From: Terriglobia bacterium
GTDB taxonomy: Bacteria; Acidobacteriota; Polarisedimenticolia; Polarisedimenticolales; JAIQFR01
Direction of reading: 5' to 3'
Length of the DNA stretch: 64,000 nucleotides
Assembly: GCA_963748015.1 (NCBI GenBank)
Contig: CAVVHE010000004.1
Location: 352,001-416,000, forward strand
Shown: positions 32,782 through 42,506 of the stretch, piece after piece
How positions within the stretch are numbered: position 1 is the first letter of the stretch
Layout: every line of letters starts with the position of its first letter
The notes under the pieces: generated by a model
What the model saw: only the letters and a program-made list of their open reading frames with translations
What the model was told of the DNA's origin: nothing
The model's database searches: none
Program-made: the position numbers and the translations under genes

Positions 32782-33129
32782 ATGAGCGGGTTCTTCGGCT
32801 CCCGTCCACTTGAGGTCCCCGAGGGGAGCGCGCTCCTGATGAAGACCTGGAGCGACGGCGAGGCCGAGATCGTCCGCCAGCTTCTCGAGGCGAACGACAT
32901 CCCCTGCCAGGTGATCTCGGACATCACGCATTCGGTCTACCCCGTCGCCGTGGACGGCCTCGGGGAGATCCGGATCTTCGTCCCGGAGGCGAGCCTGGTC
33001 GAGGCGTCCGCGATGCTCGCCGACCACCTCCGCGAGGGGATCGAGGCGGTGTCGGAAGACGGGAGCGCGGGGGACGGCGGCGACGGCGACGGTCCAGGCC
33101 GGACCGGCGGCGGAGGGGAGAGCAGGTGA
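32782..33129 (+). CDS. DUF2007-like protein
   Basis: 'EAEIVRQLLEANDIPC', 'GLGEIRIFVP'. Confidence 0.78.
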   Translation: MSGFFGSRPLEVPEGSALLMKTWSDGEAEIVRQLLEANDIPCQVISDITHSVYPVAVDGLGEIRIFVPEASLVEASAMLADHLREGIEAVSEDGSAGDGGDGDGPGRTGGGGESR

Positions 33130-34189
33130 CGCTTCGCGCGATCGAGGCCTCGACTCCGACGAGGATCGATCTCGCCGGAGGAACGCTCGACATTTGGCCG
33201 CTGTCGCTCCTGGTGCCGGGAGCGATCACGGTCAACGTCGCCGTGGAGCTTCGCGCTTGCGTGCGCGTCGCGCCGCGCAGGGACCGGCGGGTCGTCATCG
33301 ATTCCAGGGACCGCGGGCTCCGGATCGAGCGGGCGCTTCCGCTCGACCCCCGGGATGCCGGAGGGCGACTCTCGTTCCTGCTGCGGCTGGCGGCGTCGTT
33401 CCAGCCGGACGAGGGGCTCACCCTCGTCACCGAGGCGGCAGCGCCGGCGGGCGCGGGTCTCGGCGGCTCGTCGGCGCTGGGCATCGCGGTCGGGGCCGCG
33501 TTGAACCGCTTCACCGGCTCGGGCCTCGGCCGCGAGGCGCTGCTGCGCCGGGTCACGGGGGTCGAGGCCGCCGAGATCGCCACCCCGACCGGGAACCAGG
33601 ATTACCTCGCGGCCCTCCACGGAGGGCTCGCCGCCTACCACCACGGGTTCGACGGGACGGTGCGCGAGGCGATCCCGGTTCCTCCGGGCCTCGAGGAGCG
33701 GCTCGTGCTCGCCTACACCGGCGAGCCTCGGGGCTCGGGCGCGAGCAACTGGGACATGTTCCGGAGGGCCATCGAGGGAGAGCGGAGAACCGTGGAGGGG
33801 CTGCGGGCGATCGCCGCCGTGGCGAGGGACCTTCGAGCCGCGCTCCGCGACCGCGATCTAGACGCGGTCGGCGCGATCCTCGGCGAGGAAGGCCGGCTAC
33901 GCTACCGGCTGGCGCCGTCGGTGGCGACTCCGTCGCTGCTGCGAGCGGGCGAGGCGGCGCGCCGAGCGGGCGCGGCCGGCGTCAAGGTGTGCGGCGCGGG
34001 AGGGGGGGCTGCCTCGTGGCGTTCGCGCGCGAGGGAAGAACCGAGGCCGTGTCCCGGGCGCTCGAGGCCGCCGGGGCGAGCGTCCTCGCGGTCCGCATCG
34101 CCCGGCGGGGCCTCGCGCTCGCGGGTCCGCCTTCCGCCCGGCCGCGCTCCCGCGCTCGGGTCGCCGGGAAGACGCTCAGCGGACGGTGA
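33126..34189 (+). CDS. GHMP-family sugar kinase (HddA-like), one base missing in a G homopolymer
   Basis: 'PTRIDLAGGTLD', 'PAGAGLGGSS', 'TGNQD', 'KVCGAGGG'. The G7 run at 34002-34008 needs one more G to read GGGGCLVAF and end at 34189. Confidence 0.85.
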
Positions 34190-34658
34190 TCGGGATCTTG
34201 AGGGCGACCTTGGCCGGCGCGCAGTACCCGCTGGCCGCGACGCAGTAGAAGTAGGACAGCTTGGCGTCCACGTCGTGCCGGCCGCGCGAGGCGGTGGAAT
34301 CCACCGCGAGCTTGAGCTTCAGCGGATCCACGGCTTTGAAGTAGTTCGTCTCGAGCTTGTCCGGCGGAGGAGGGGCCTCGCTTCCCGAAGACATCTCGGC
34401 GCCGCCGACGAGTCCCGAGACCGCCGGAACCGCTAGCTTGATCTTCGGGTACTTGTTGAGCTTGAAGCCGGGGTTGACGGAAAGCGTCACCGTGATCTCG
34501 GCCTCGCTCCCCGGCGGGACAGAGGCCGGGGTGACCCCGATCTCGACCTTCACCGCTTCCGCGCCGGAGGGCTTCGAAGGGGCGGCCACGGCCTCCGCTC
34601 GTGCAGAGGCGACGCCGCAAAGGACCGCCAGGACCATCAACGAGAGCTTCATGCGCAT
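34176..34658 (-). CDS. Secreted protein resembling a DsbD N-terminal (Ig-like) domain
   Basis: Signal peptide; C-terminal 'LSYFYCVAASGYCAP' Cys pair. Confidence 0.6.
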   Translation of the reverse strand: MRMKLSLMVLAVLCGVASARAEAVAAPSKPSGAEAVKVEIGVTPASVPPGSEAEITVTLSVNPGFKLNKYPKIKLAVPAVSGLVGGAEMSSGSEAPPPPDKLETNYFKAVDPLKLKLAVDSTASRGRHDVDAKLSYFYCVAASGYCAPAKVALKIPITVR

Positions 34659-34802
34659 GGGGGGATTCTAGGGGTGGGAGCGAGTGCCCGCAAATCGAGC
34701 CCCCCGGGAGACCTCCGGGCCGCGCGGGTTGCCGCCCACCGGGTATGGCAGTACACTCTCGACACGCGATTTCGTGGACGGGCGTGGGGGTAGGAGGGCG
34801 TC

Positions 34803-35507
34803 GTGCGAATCGGACGGTCGCTTCCTTGGTTCCTCTCCGTTGGAGCAATTCTGGTGACCCCGGCGGTCGCCGACGAGGTCGTGTACTTCACCAACGGGAC
34901 CTATCTCCTCGTCACCACCCACCAGGTCGAGAAGGAGATGATCTCGGTGGACCTCGGCGGGAACTCCAAGATGGCGTTCCCGCTCCAGATGGTCGACAAG
35001 ATCGAGTCGGCCGGCCGGAGCGTCTACCTCAACCCGACCTACTACCCGGCGAATCAGGCGGTGGCCGGGTCGGTCGGAGGGCAGGTCTCCAATCAAGGCC
35101 TCTATCCGGTAAGCGGCGCGGGCGCCGTGCCGTCGCGCCTCCGGACGCCCTACCCGTCCACCGGGACCGGCGTTCCGGCGAACGGCGGCCTCGATGCGCA
35201 GCAGGCGGTCGGGTACAACCCCGGCGGCTATCGCTCCGCCCCCGGTGAGGACGTGGCGGACCGCTCCGCGGCGGAGATGCGAGCGTTCCAGGGCGGAGTA
35301 CCGATCCCCCAGGCGCCACAGAGCCTCTCCGGCCCGGCAGGGCGCAAGGCGAGCCTCGTGCGCATGTCCCAGCGGCCCGGCATCACGCCGGTTTACCCAC
35401 CGCCGCCGACCGATCCGCCGAACGGCGGCGGAACGCCCCCGTCGCAGAACCCCGTGACCGATCCACCGGCCGACCCTCCGTCGCAGAACCCGCCACCGGG
35501 AGAGTGA
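34803..35507 (+). CDS. Hypothetical secreted protein with Pro-rich C-terminus
   Basis: GTG after AGGAGG; signal peptide ending AVA-DE; small beta domain followed by a low-complexity tail. Confidence 0.7.
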   Translation: MRIGRSLPWFLSVGAILVTPAVADEVVYFTNGTYLLVTTHQVEKEMISVDLGGNSKMAFPLQMVDKIESAGRSVYLNPTYYPANQAVAGSVGGQVSNQGLYPVSGAGAVPSRLRTPYPSTGTGVPANGGLDAQQAVGYNPGGYRSAPGEDVADRSAAEMRAFQGGVPIPQAPQSLSGPAGRKASLVRMSQRPGITPVYPPPPTDPPNGGGTPPSQNPVTDPPADPPSQNPPPGE

Positions 35508-35544
35508 CCGCCGTTTCCTCAGAGCGCAGCCGAGCGGGAGCAGC

Positions 35545-36087
35545 ATGGTCGTCGGCCTGACGGGGCCCAACGCCGCAGGCAAGGGAGAAGTTGCCGCCCA
35601 CCTCCGCGAGCTGGGCTTCGCCATCCACTCCCTGTCCGACGTCGTTCGCGAGGAGGCGGCGCGTCTCGGATTCCCCCCCGAGCGCGAGCACCTGATCCGG
35701 ATCGGAAACGACCTCCGGCGAAGCGGCGGGCCGGGCGTCCTCGCGGAGCGCATCCTGTCGCGGATCGCGTCCCGCGACGTCGTGGACTCCATCCGGAATC
35801 CCGCGGAGGTCGCGGTCCTGCGCAGGCTCCCGGGTTTCTTCCTCCTCGGCGTGGACGCGCCCGCGAGGCTGCGCTTCGAGCGATCGCTCGCCCGCTCGCG
35901 TCCGGGAGATCCCCGGACGTTCGAGGCCTTCGAGGAGCGGGAGCGCCAGGAGAACTCCTCCAACCCGGACGCGCAGCAACTCCTCGCGACTCTCCGCCTC
36001 GCCGACAAGGTGGTCACGAACGACGGGACGCTCGAGGCGCTGCAGCGCGAGGTGGACGGGGCGGTGGCTCCGATCCCGTTGCTATAA
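35545..36087 (+). CDS. P-loop nucleoside-monophosphate/dephospho-CoA kinase-like protein
   Basis: Walker A 'GLTGPNAAGKG', 'SLSDVVREE', 'DSIRNPAEV', 'NDGTLE'. Confidence 0.8.
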   Translation: MVVGLTGPNAAGKGEVAAHLRELGFAIHSLSDVVREEAARLGFPPEREHLIRIGNDLRRSGGPGVLAERILSRIASRDVVDSIRNPAEVAVLRRLPGFFLLGVDAPARLRFERSLARSRPGDPRTFEAFEERERQENSSNPDAQQLLATLRLADKVVTNDGTLEALQREVDGAVAPIPLL

Positions 36088-36088
36088 T
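36080..36088 (+). promoter_or_regulatory. Extended -10 promoter for nadA overlapping the upstream stop codon
   Basis: Perfect TGnTATAAT whose TAA is the stop of the kinase gene. Confidence 0.55.
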
Positions 36089-36132
36089 CGATCGGCCCGG
36101 CGAGCGCCGCCGGCAGCGATCCGTCTCCGGCA

Positions 36133-37281
36133 ATGGAGCGAGCTCGAATGCAAGTCCTCCCGGAGCCCTACGCCTCGATGACCGACGCCGAGGCCGTTCC
36201 CCGGATCGGAGAGGTGCGCCGGAGGCTCGGCGCGGAGGTCTTGATCCTCGGCCACCACTACCAGCGGGACGAGGTCATCGCTTTCGCCGACGTCACGGGG
36301 GATTCGTACGGACTCGCCCGGGCCGCCGCGAGCCGCCCCGACGCGCGCTGGATCGTCTTCTGCGGCGTCCATTTCATGGCCGAAACGGCGGACATCCTCG
36401 CCGCGCCGGGGCAGCGCGTGCTCCTTCCCGATCTCGAGGCCGGCTGCTCCATGGCCGACATGGCGGAGATCGACGCCGTCGAGGTGGCGTGGGAGGAGAT
36501 GGCGTCCGTCCGCGACGCCGCGCGGGTCGTCCCGGTGACCTACGTCAACTCCACCGCCGCGGTGAAGGCCTTCGTGGGCGCTCGCGGTGGCACGGTGTGC
36601 ACCTCCTCGAACGCCGGCGCGACCTACGATTGGGCGCTCGAACGCGGCGACGCGATCTTCTTCGTTCCGGACCAGCACCTCGGCAGGAACATGGGGTTCG
36701 CGAAGGGGATTCCCCTCGAGGAGATGAAGGTCTGGGATCCCGCGGTCGAGCTCGGCGGCCTGGCCCGGGAAGAGATCGCCGGGGCCCGCGTCCTGCTCTG
36801 GAAGGGGCATTGCCAGGTTCACGCGCGCTTCGCGGTCGACCAGATCGAGTCCCTCAGGAAACGCTATCCGGAAGTCCGGGTCATCGTGCACTGGGAGTGC
36901 AGTCTCGACGTCGTGCAGGCCGCCGACGACGTGGGATCCACGTCGCACATCGTCCGGTGCGTGGAGGAGGCTCCCGCGGGCTCGGTGATCGCGATCGGGA
37001 CCGAGCTGCACCTCGTGTCCCGGCTCGCCAAGGCGCACGGCGACAAGAAGGTCTTCCCGCTCGTGATGGGGACCTGCGTCTGCGGGACCATGAACCGCAT
37101 CGATCCGCAGCATCTCCTTTTCGTCCTGGACGAGCTGGCCGCCGGGCGCGTGGTCAACCAGGTCGTGGTGCCCGAGGATCTGGCCCGCCCGGCGCGGGAG
37201 GCCCTCACCCGCATGCTCGAGATCTCCCGGCAGGCGGAATCGGCTGCACGGCCGTTGGCGGCACCGGACAAGGTCCGTTAG
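36133..37281 (+). CDS. nadA: Quinolinate synthase
   Basis: 'GHHYQ', 'GDS', 'FCGVHFMAE', 'AGCSMA', 'YVNS', 'VCTSSNA', 'CVCGTM'. Confidence 0.96.
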   Translation: MERARMQVLPEPYASMTDAEAVPRIGEVRRRLGAEVLILGHHYQRDEVIAFADVTGDSYGLARAAASRPDARWIVFCGVHFMAETADILAAPGQRVLLPDLEAGCSMADMAEIDAVEVAWEEMASVRDAARVVPVTYVNSTAAVKAFVGARGGTVCTSSNAGATYDWALERGDAIFFVPDQHLGRNMGFAKGIPLEEMKVWDPAVELGGLAREEIAGARVLLWKGHCQVHARFAVDQIESLRKRYPEVRVIVHWECSLDVVQAADDVGSTSHIVRCVEEAPAGSVIAIGTELHLVSRLAKAHGDKKVFPLVMGTCVCGTMNRIDPQHLLFVLDELAAGRVVNQVVVPEDLARPAREALTRMLEISRQAESAARPLAAPDKVR

Positions 37282-37320
37282 ATTGGCGCGGCGGCGGATG
37301 GGGCGCCGAGACTGGAATAG

Positions 37321-39288
37321 GTGATGCGCGACCAGGTGCCCGGAACCGGTGATGAGGCCCCCAGGGATCGCGCGTCCGAGCGCTCCGCGGCGGGTGCTGC
37401 CAGGCGGTCCGGACTGCTGCAACGGATCTCCTCGCCCTCCGACCTGAAGTCCCTCGACCGGGAAGAGCTCGCGCGGCTGTGCGAGGAAGTGCGGGACTTC
37501 ATCATCGAGGTGGTTTCCCAGAAGGGGGGGCATCTCGGCGCGAGCCTCGGGGTCGTCGAGCTGACCGTCGCCCTCGAGGCGTGCCTCGATCCTCCCCGGG
37601 ACCGCATCGTCTGGGACACCGGGCACCAGGCCTACGTCCACAAGGTGCTCACCGGGCGCAGCGACGCGCTCTGGACCATCCGGCAGTTCGGAGGCATCTC
37701 GGGTTTCCTGAAGAGGGACGAGAGCGAGTACGACGCCTTCGGCGCGGGCCACGCCTCGACGGCCATCTCCGCCGCGCTCGGCATGGCGGCCGCGCGCGAT
37801 CTCGCGGGCGAGGGCCACCGCGTCGTCGCGGTCGTCGGGGACGGCGCGATGACCGGTGGGCTGGCCTACGAAGCCCTGAACAACGCGGGGCACTCGGGGC
37901 GGAACCTGCTGGTCGTGCTGAACGACAACGGGATGTCCATCTCGCCCAACGTCGGCGCGGTGGCCCACTACCTGACCAGCGTCAAGACGAACCCGCGCCT
38001 CAAGAAGCTACGCGACGAGAGCCTGAACTGGCTGAAGAAGCTCCCCCGCGGCGGGCAGGTCAGGGGGATGGCGGAGCGGGTCGAGGCGGCCATCAACTCC
38101 GCTCTCGCTCCCGGCGGCGTCTTCCAGTCGCTGGGGTTCAACTACTTCGGGCCCGTGGACGGCCACGACCTGAACCTGCTGATGCATCTCATCCCGACCG
38201 TCCTCGACCGTCCCGGGCCGGTGCTCCTCCACGTCCTGACGCGGAAGGGCAAGGGGCTCCCCGCCGCGGAAGAGGACGACGAGGGTTTCCACGGGGTGGC
38301 CCCCTTCGATCGGAGCACGGGGAAGACGCTGGCGGGGGCGAAGGCGACGGGTCCGTCGTACACCTCGGTGTTCGGCAGCGCGATGGTGGAAGCGGCCGAG
38401 GCGTTTCCGCGGATGGTGGCGATCACCGCGGCGATGGCCTCCGGCACCGGGCTCAACCCGTTCAAGGAGAAGTACCCGCAACGGTTCTTCGACGTCGGCA
38501 TCGCCGAGGCCCACGCCGTGTGCTTCGCGGCCGGGATGGCCTGCGACGGCACGCGCCCCGTCGTCACCGTCTACTCCACCTTCCTCCAGCGGGCGTTCGA
38601 CCAGATCGTGCACGACGTCGCGCTCCAGAAGCTGCCCGTGGTCTTCGCGCTCGACCGGGGCGGCGTCGTCGGAGCGGACGGGCCCACGCACCACGGCGTG
38701 CTGGACCTCTCGTACCTGCGGGAGATTCCCGGGATGGTGGTCGCCGCGCCGAGGGACGGGGAGGAGCTGCGCGATCTGCTCTGGACCGCGCTCGCCCACG
38801 ACGCGGGGCCGTTCGCGTTCCGCTTTCCCCGGGACGCCGCGCCGGCGGAGTGCGATCCCCGGAGGACGCCGAAGGTCGTGCCGATCGGGTCGTGGGAGGA
38901 GCTCGAGGAAGGATCGGGCGTCGTGTTCCTCGCGGTCGGCGCGATGGTCGTGAACGCCCTGGAGGCCCGCCGTCTTCTCGCGGCGCGGGGCGTTCAGGCG
39001 GCCGTCGTCAACTGCCGCTTCGTGAAGCCGCTCGATGCGGCGATGCTGGCCCGCCTGCGGGAGCGGTTCCCGGTCCTCTTGACCGTGGAGGAGAACAACC
39101 TTCCGGGGGGCTTCGGGGCGGCGGTGCTCGAGGCCCTCGCGGACGCCGGACTCTCCGCGGACCGCGTCGTCCGGCTGGGGATCCCCGACGGGTTCACGAC
39201 TCACGGGACCCGTGCGCAGCTCCTCGACGAGGTCGGCCTCTCGCCGGCGCACCTGGCGCAGCGGGCGCTCGAAGCGCTCGGAGCCTGA
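37321..39288 (+). CDS. dxs: 1-deoxy-D-xylulose-5-phosphate synthase
   Basis: 'GGHLGASLG', 'WDTGHQAY', 'GDGAMTGG.AYEALNN', 'DVGIAE', 'DGPTHHG'. Confidence 0.97.
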   Translation: MMRDQVPGTGDEAPRDRASERSAAGAARRSGLLQRISSPSDLKSLDREELARLCEEVRDFIIEVVSQKGGHLGASLGVVELTVALEACLDPPRDRIVWDTGHQAYVHKVLTGRSDALWTIRQFGGISGFLKRDESEYDAFGAGHASTAISAALGMAAARDLAGEGHRVVAVVGDGAMTGGLAYEALNNAGHSGRNLLVVLNDNGMSISPNVGAVAHYLTSVKTNPRLKKLRDESLNWLKKLPRGGQVRGMAERVEAAINSALAPGGVFQSLGFNYFGPVDGHDLNLLMHLIPTVLDRPGPVLLHVLTRKGKGLPAAEEDDEGFHGVAPFDRSTGKTLAGAKATGPSYTSVFGSAMVEAAEAFPRMVAITAAMASGTGLNPFKEKYPQRFFDVGIAEAHAVCFAAGMACDGTRPVVTVYSTFLQRAFDQIVHDVALQKLPVVFALDRGGVVGADGPTHHGVLDLSYLREIPGMVVAAPRDGEELRDLLWTALAHDAGPFAFRFPRDAAPAECDPRRTPKVVPIGSWEELEEGSGVVFLAVGAMVVNALEARRLLAARGVQAAVVNCRFVKPLDAAMLARLRERFPVLLTVEENNLPGGFGAAVLEALADAGLSADRVVRLGIPDGFTTHGTRAQLLDEVGLSPAHLAQRALEALGA

Positions 39289-39290
39289 GG

Positions 39291-39347
39291 CCAGGAGCCT
39301 GTTCGAGTAATCCCGCGGTCTACGGGATTACTCGGACCGGCTCCTGG
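39291..39347. repeat. REP-like hairpin, copy 1 of a two-copy family
   Basis: CCAGGAGCCTGTTCGAGTAATCCCG-cggtcta-CGGGATTACTCGGACCGGCTCCTGG; homologous to 57119-57180. Confidence 0.85.
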
Positions 39348-39443
39348 GCACGGGGCCGCCACGAGTCCCCGACGGGAGCGACACGGAGCCCCTCGCGAGG
39401 TGATTCCGCCGGGTCGGGACCGCGGCGACGACGAGCCGCGCTG

Positions 39444-39722
39444 TCAGTTCGCCGGCCCCTTGGATCCGGGAGGGGGGGCCTCCCTCAGCGGACCGAATTC
39501 CGCCTCGTAGCGCTGCAGGTTGTCCTGGAGCGCCCGGATCATCCGCTTGAGGTGGCCCGGACTCACGATGATGCGCGAGTTCACGACGCCGCCGGGAGGG
39601 AACAGGCTGATGAAATCGAGGAGGAACTCCTCGCGGGTGTGGGCGACGATCATCTGGTTCGCGTACGCGCCGCGGAGGACGTCGTCGGGGATCTTGATCG
39701 GGATCTCGCGCTCGTCGGCCAC
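39444..39722 (-). CDS. DUF3467 family protein
   Basis: 'GAYANQMIVAHTREEFLLDF', 'SRIIVSPGHLKR', 'YEAEFG'; GTG after GGAGG. Confidence 0.85.
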   Translation of the reverse strand: MADEREIPIKIPDDVLRGAYANQMIVAHTREEFLLDFISLFPPGGVVNSRIIVSPGHLKRMIRALQDNLQRYEAEFGPLREAPPPGSKGPAN

Positions 39723-39742
39723 AGGGCCCTCCTCCCGCGGTC

Positions 39743-40084
39743 TCACTCCTTGATGGCCGCGACCGCCTCCTGAACGTCCCGGAACGTCTCGAACACCACG
39801 TCGAACCCGACCATGCGGAAGATTTCCAGGACCGGCCGGCTCAATCCCGCGATCACGATCTTGCCCTTCTGCTGGCTCGCCCGCTTCTGCAACGACAGGA
39901 GGGCCGCCATCCCCGCGGAATCGAAGAACTCGACGCGAGAGGCGTCGAGGACGACGCGGCGCGCCGTGCCGATGGCCTCGAGCGCCTTGGACTTGAACTC
40001 GTCGGCGTTCCCGATGTCGATCTCGATGGGCTCGGCCACCGCGATCACGGTGACGCCCGCCGTCTCCAGCCGGTCCACGCGCAT
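39743..40084 (-). CDS. STAS-domain anti-sigma factor antagonist
   Basis: 'VVLDASRVEFFDSAGMAAL' with conserved phospho-Ser. Confidence 0.9.
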   Translation of the reverse strand: MRVDRLETAGVTVIAVAEPIEIDIGNADEFKSKALEAIGTARRVVLDASRVEFFDSAGMAALLSLQKRASQQKGKIVIAGLSRPVLEIFRMVGFDVVFETFRDVQEAVAAIKE

Positions 40085-40142
40085 GGGCATCCCTCCCGCG
40101 ACGCCGCATCATACAACGTCCCGCGGGCCGGCCGGGGGTGCC

Positions 40143-40171
40143 TTGCAACCCTCGACCCGAGGCTCTACCTT
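40143..40171 (+). promoter_or_regulatory. Candidate sigma70 promoter
   Basis: TTGCAA-N17-TACCTT upstream of 40222. Confidence 0.5.
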
Positions 40172-40221
40172 AGGCGCTCGCGCGCCATTCCCGGCGTAGA
40201 GGCCGGCCCCGAGGGTGAGAC

Positions 40222-40461
40222 ATGGAAGAGAATCGCTGTTCCCGCTGCGGAGCCGCGCTGTCGGCTCGTCTCGAACGGCCCCCGTTGCCCGGATTGATCG
40301 GTCTCCGCGTGCAGGAGCGCATCTGTCCCGCGTGCTGGAGGGAGTGGCTCGGCATGCAGGTCCGGGTCATCAACGAGTACCGGCTGATGCCTGCCGAGCC
40401 GCAGCACTACGAGTACCTCCTGTCGCAGATGAAGACCTTCCTGAACCTCAAGGACGAGTGA
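40222..40461 (+). CDS. yggX: Fe(II)-trafficking/oxidative-damage protection protein (YggX-like)
   Basis: 'PPLPG..G.RV', 'CWREW', 'INEYRL', 'QMKTFL'. Confidence 0.8.
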   Translation: MEENRCSRCGAALSARLERPPLPGLIGLRVQERICPACWREWLGMQVRVINEYRLMPAEPQHYEYLLSQMKTFLNLKDE

Positions 40462-40510
40462 GGCCGGGAACGAGGTCGCCGCCCGGCGGGGCGGGCTGCC
40501 GAGGACACCG

Positions 40511-42397
40511 ATGGGAGACTCCCCGGGCTCGTCCCTCGATCGCCTGAGGGAGCGCCACCCCGACAAGTTCGCCCCCCGAGAGCGGATCTTCGCCAACATT
40601 CGCCGGGGCGACCGGATCTTCGTCGGCACGGCCTGCGCCGAGCCGCAGCACCTCGTCGCGGCCCTGGCCGAGCACGTCCTCGGCAATCCCGTCGCGGCCG
40701 CCGACGCCGAGATCCTGCAGTTCTGGACGCTCGGCGTCACCGCGCGCGCCGGCCTGCCCGCCAACGTCCGCCACAACTCGTTCTTCATCGGGAACGGCAT
40801 CCGCGACGCGGTCAACAGCGGCCTGGCGGACTACACGCCGATCTTCCTGTCCCAGCTTCCCGACCTCATCCGCGGGCGGCTCGTACCCATCGACGTGGCC
40901 CTTATCCAGGTCTCGCTCCCGGACGACCACGGGTACTTCAGCCTCGGCATCAGCGTGGACATCGTGAAGGCGGCGGTGGAGCACGCCGCGCTGGTCATCG
41001 CCCAGGTGAACCCCCGCATGCCGCGGGTCTACGGCGACGGGTTCGTGTCCGCGGAGGAGATCGACTTCCTCGTCGTCCACGACGAGCCGCTGCTCGAGTT
41101 CGAGGCGAAGGTGCCCGACGAGATCGCGCGCCGCGTGGGACGGTACGTCGCGAGGATCGTGCAGGACGGCGACACGATCCAGGTCGGGTACGGCAGCCTC
41201 CCGAACGCGATCCTCTCGGCCCTCGGCGGGAAGAAGCACCTCGGGGTCCACACGGAGTTGCTCACGGACGGCATCGCGGACCTGATCCGGCTCGGGGTCG
41301 TGGACAATTCCCGCAAGACGCTCGACCGCGGGAGGACGGTCGCGAGCTTCTGCATGGGGCGGACGGCGACCTACGACTTCGTGGACGACAACCCCGCCGT
41401 CGAGTTCCGGGGGATCGACTACACCAACGACCCGCTCGTGATCTCTCGTCACGAGAACATGACCGCGATCAACAGCGCCCTCGAGATCGACCTCACCGGG
41501 CAGGCCACGCGCCGAGTCGATCGGCATGACCTTCTACAGCGGGATCGGCGGGCAGGCGGACTTCATGCGCGGCGCGATCCTCGCGCGCGGCGGGAAGACG
41601 ATCCTCGCGCTCCAGTCCACGGCCGAGCACGGCGAGGTCTCCAGGATCGTTCCGTTCGTGCGGCAGGGCGCGGGAGTGACGCTCAACCGCGGCGACATCC
41701 AGTACGTCGTCACCGAGTACGGCATCGCCCACCTGCACGGCAAGAACATCCGGGAGCGGGCCATGGCGCTGATCGCCATCGCGCACCCGAGGTTCAGGCC
41801 GTGGCTGGTCGTGGCAGGCGAAGGAGCTGAGCCTGATCTACCGGGACCAGGCGTTCATCCCGGGGAAGAGCGGGGAGTACCCCGAGCACCTCGAGGCCCG
41901 CAAGACGACCCGCACCGGCCTCGCGCTCCTCCTGCGCCCCGTCCGGATCACCGACGAGCCCCTTCTCAAGGAGTTCTTCTACTCGCTGTCCGACCGGAGC
42001 CTCTACACGCGGTTCATGACGGCCCGCAAGGAGATGCCGCACGAGCAGCTCCAGGATTACACCGTCATCGACTACACGAGGGAGATGGTCATCCTCGCGG
42101 TGGTCGAGCAGGACCGCCAGGAGACCGTGGTCGGGCTCGCGGAGTACTACCTCGACGAGGACACGCTCTCGGCGCAACGTCGCGTTCACCGTCCGCGACC
42201 CGTATCAGAACAAGGGCATCGGGACCGAATTACTCGCCTATCTCGCCTACCTGGCGAAGCGCGAGGGGCTCCACACGCTGACCGCGGAGGTCCTCGCGGA
42301 GAACAAGGCCATGCTGAAGGTCTTCGGCAAGCTCGGCCTCCCCACCGAGACGACCGCTCTCGAGCGCACGTTCGAGCTGCGCATCGCCCTCAAGTAG
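40511..42397 (+). pseudogene. Acetyl-CoA hydrolase/CoA-transferase fused to a C-terminal GNAT domain, interrupted by three +1 frameshifts (possibly sequencing errors)
   Basis: 'GVHTE' (catalytic Glu), 'INSALEIDLTGQ', 'SGIGGQADF', 'VVTEYG', then GNAT 'LRPVRITDE...SLYTRF...YQNKGIGT...ENKAMLKVF'. Extra bases near 41510, 41815 and 42175. Confidence 0.87.
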
Positions 42398-42506
42398 CCG
42401 CCGCGTCTTCTCGGCTCGTCCCGGCCCTTACTCGCCCTTTTCCGCCCGCCGCGCGTGTGCTAATTTGCTCCGCCCGGTGCGGATCGAACCTACGAAGGGG
42501 GCCAGC

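Noticed and set aside
41505..42180. Programmed ribosomal frameshifting to explain the CoA-transferase-GNAT and kup breaks
   Set aside because: No slippery heptamers at the sites, and two or three successive shifts per gene is implausible.
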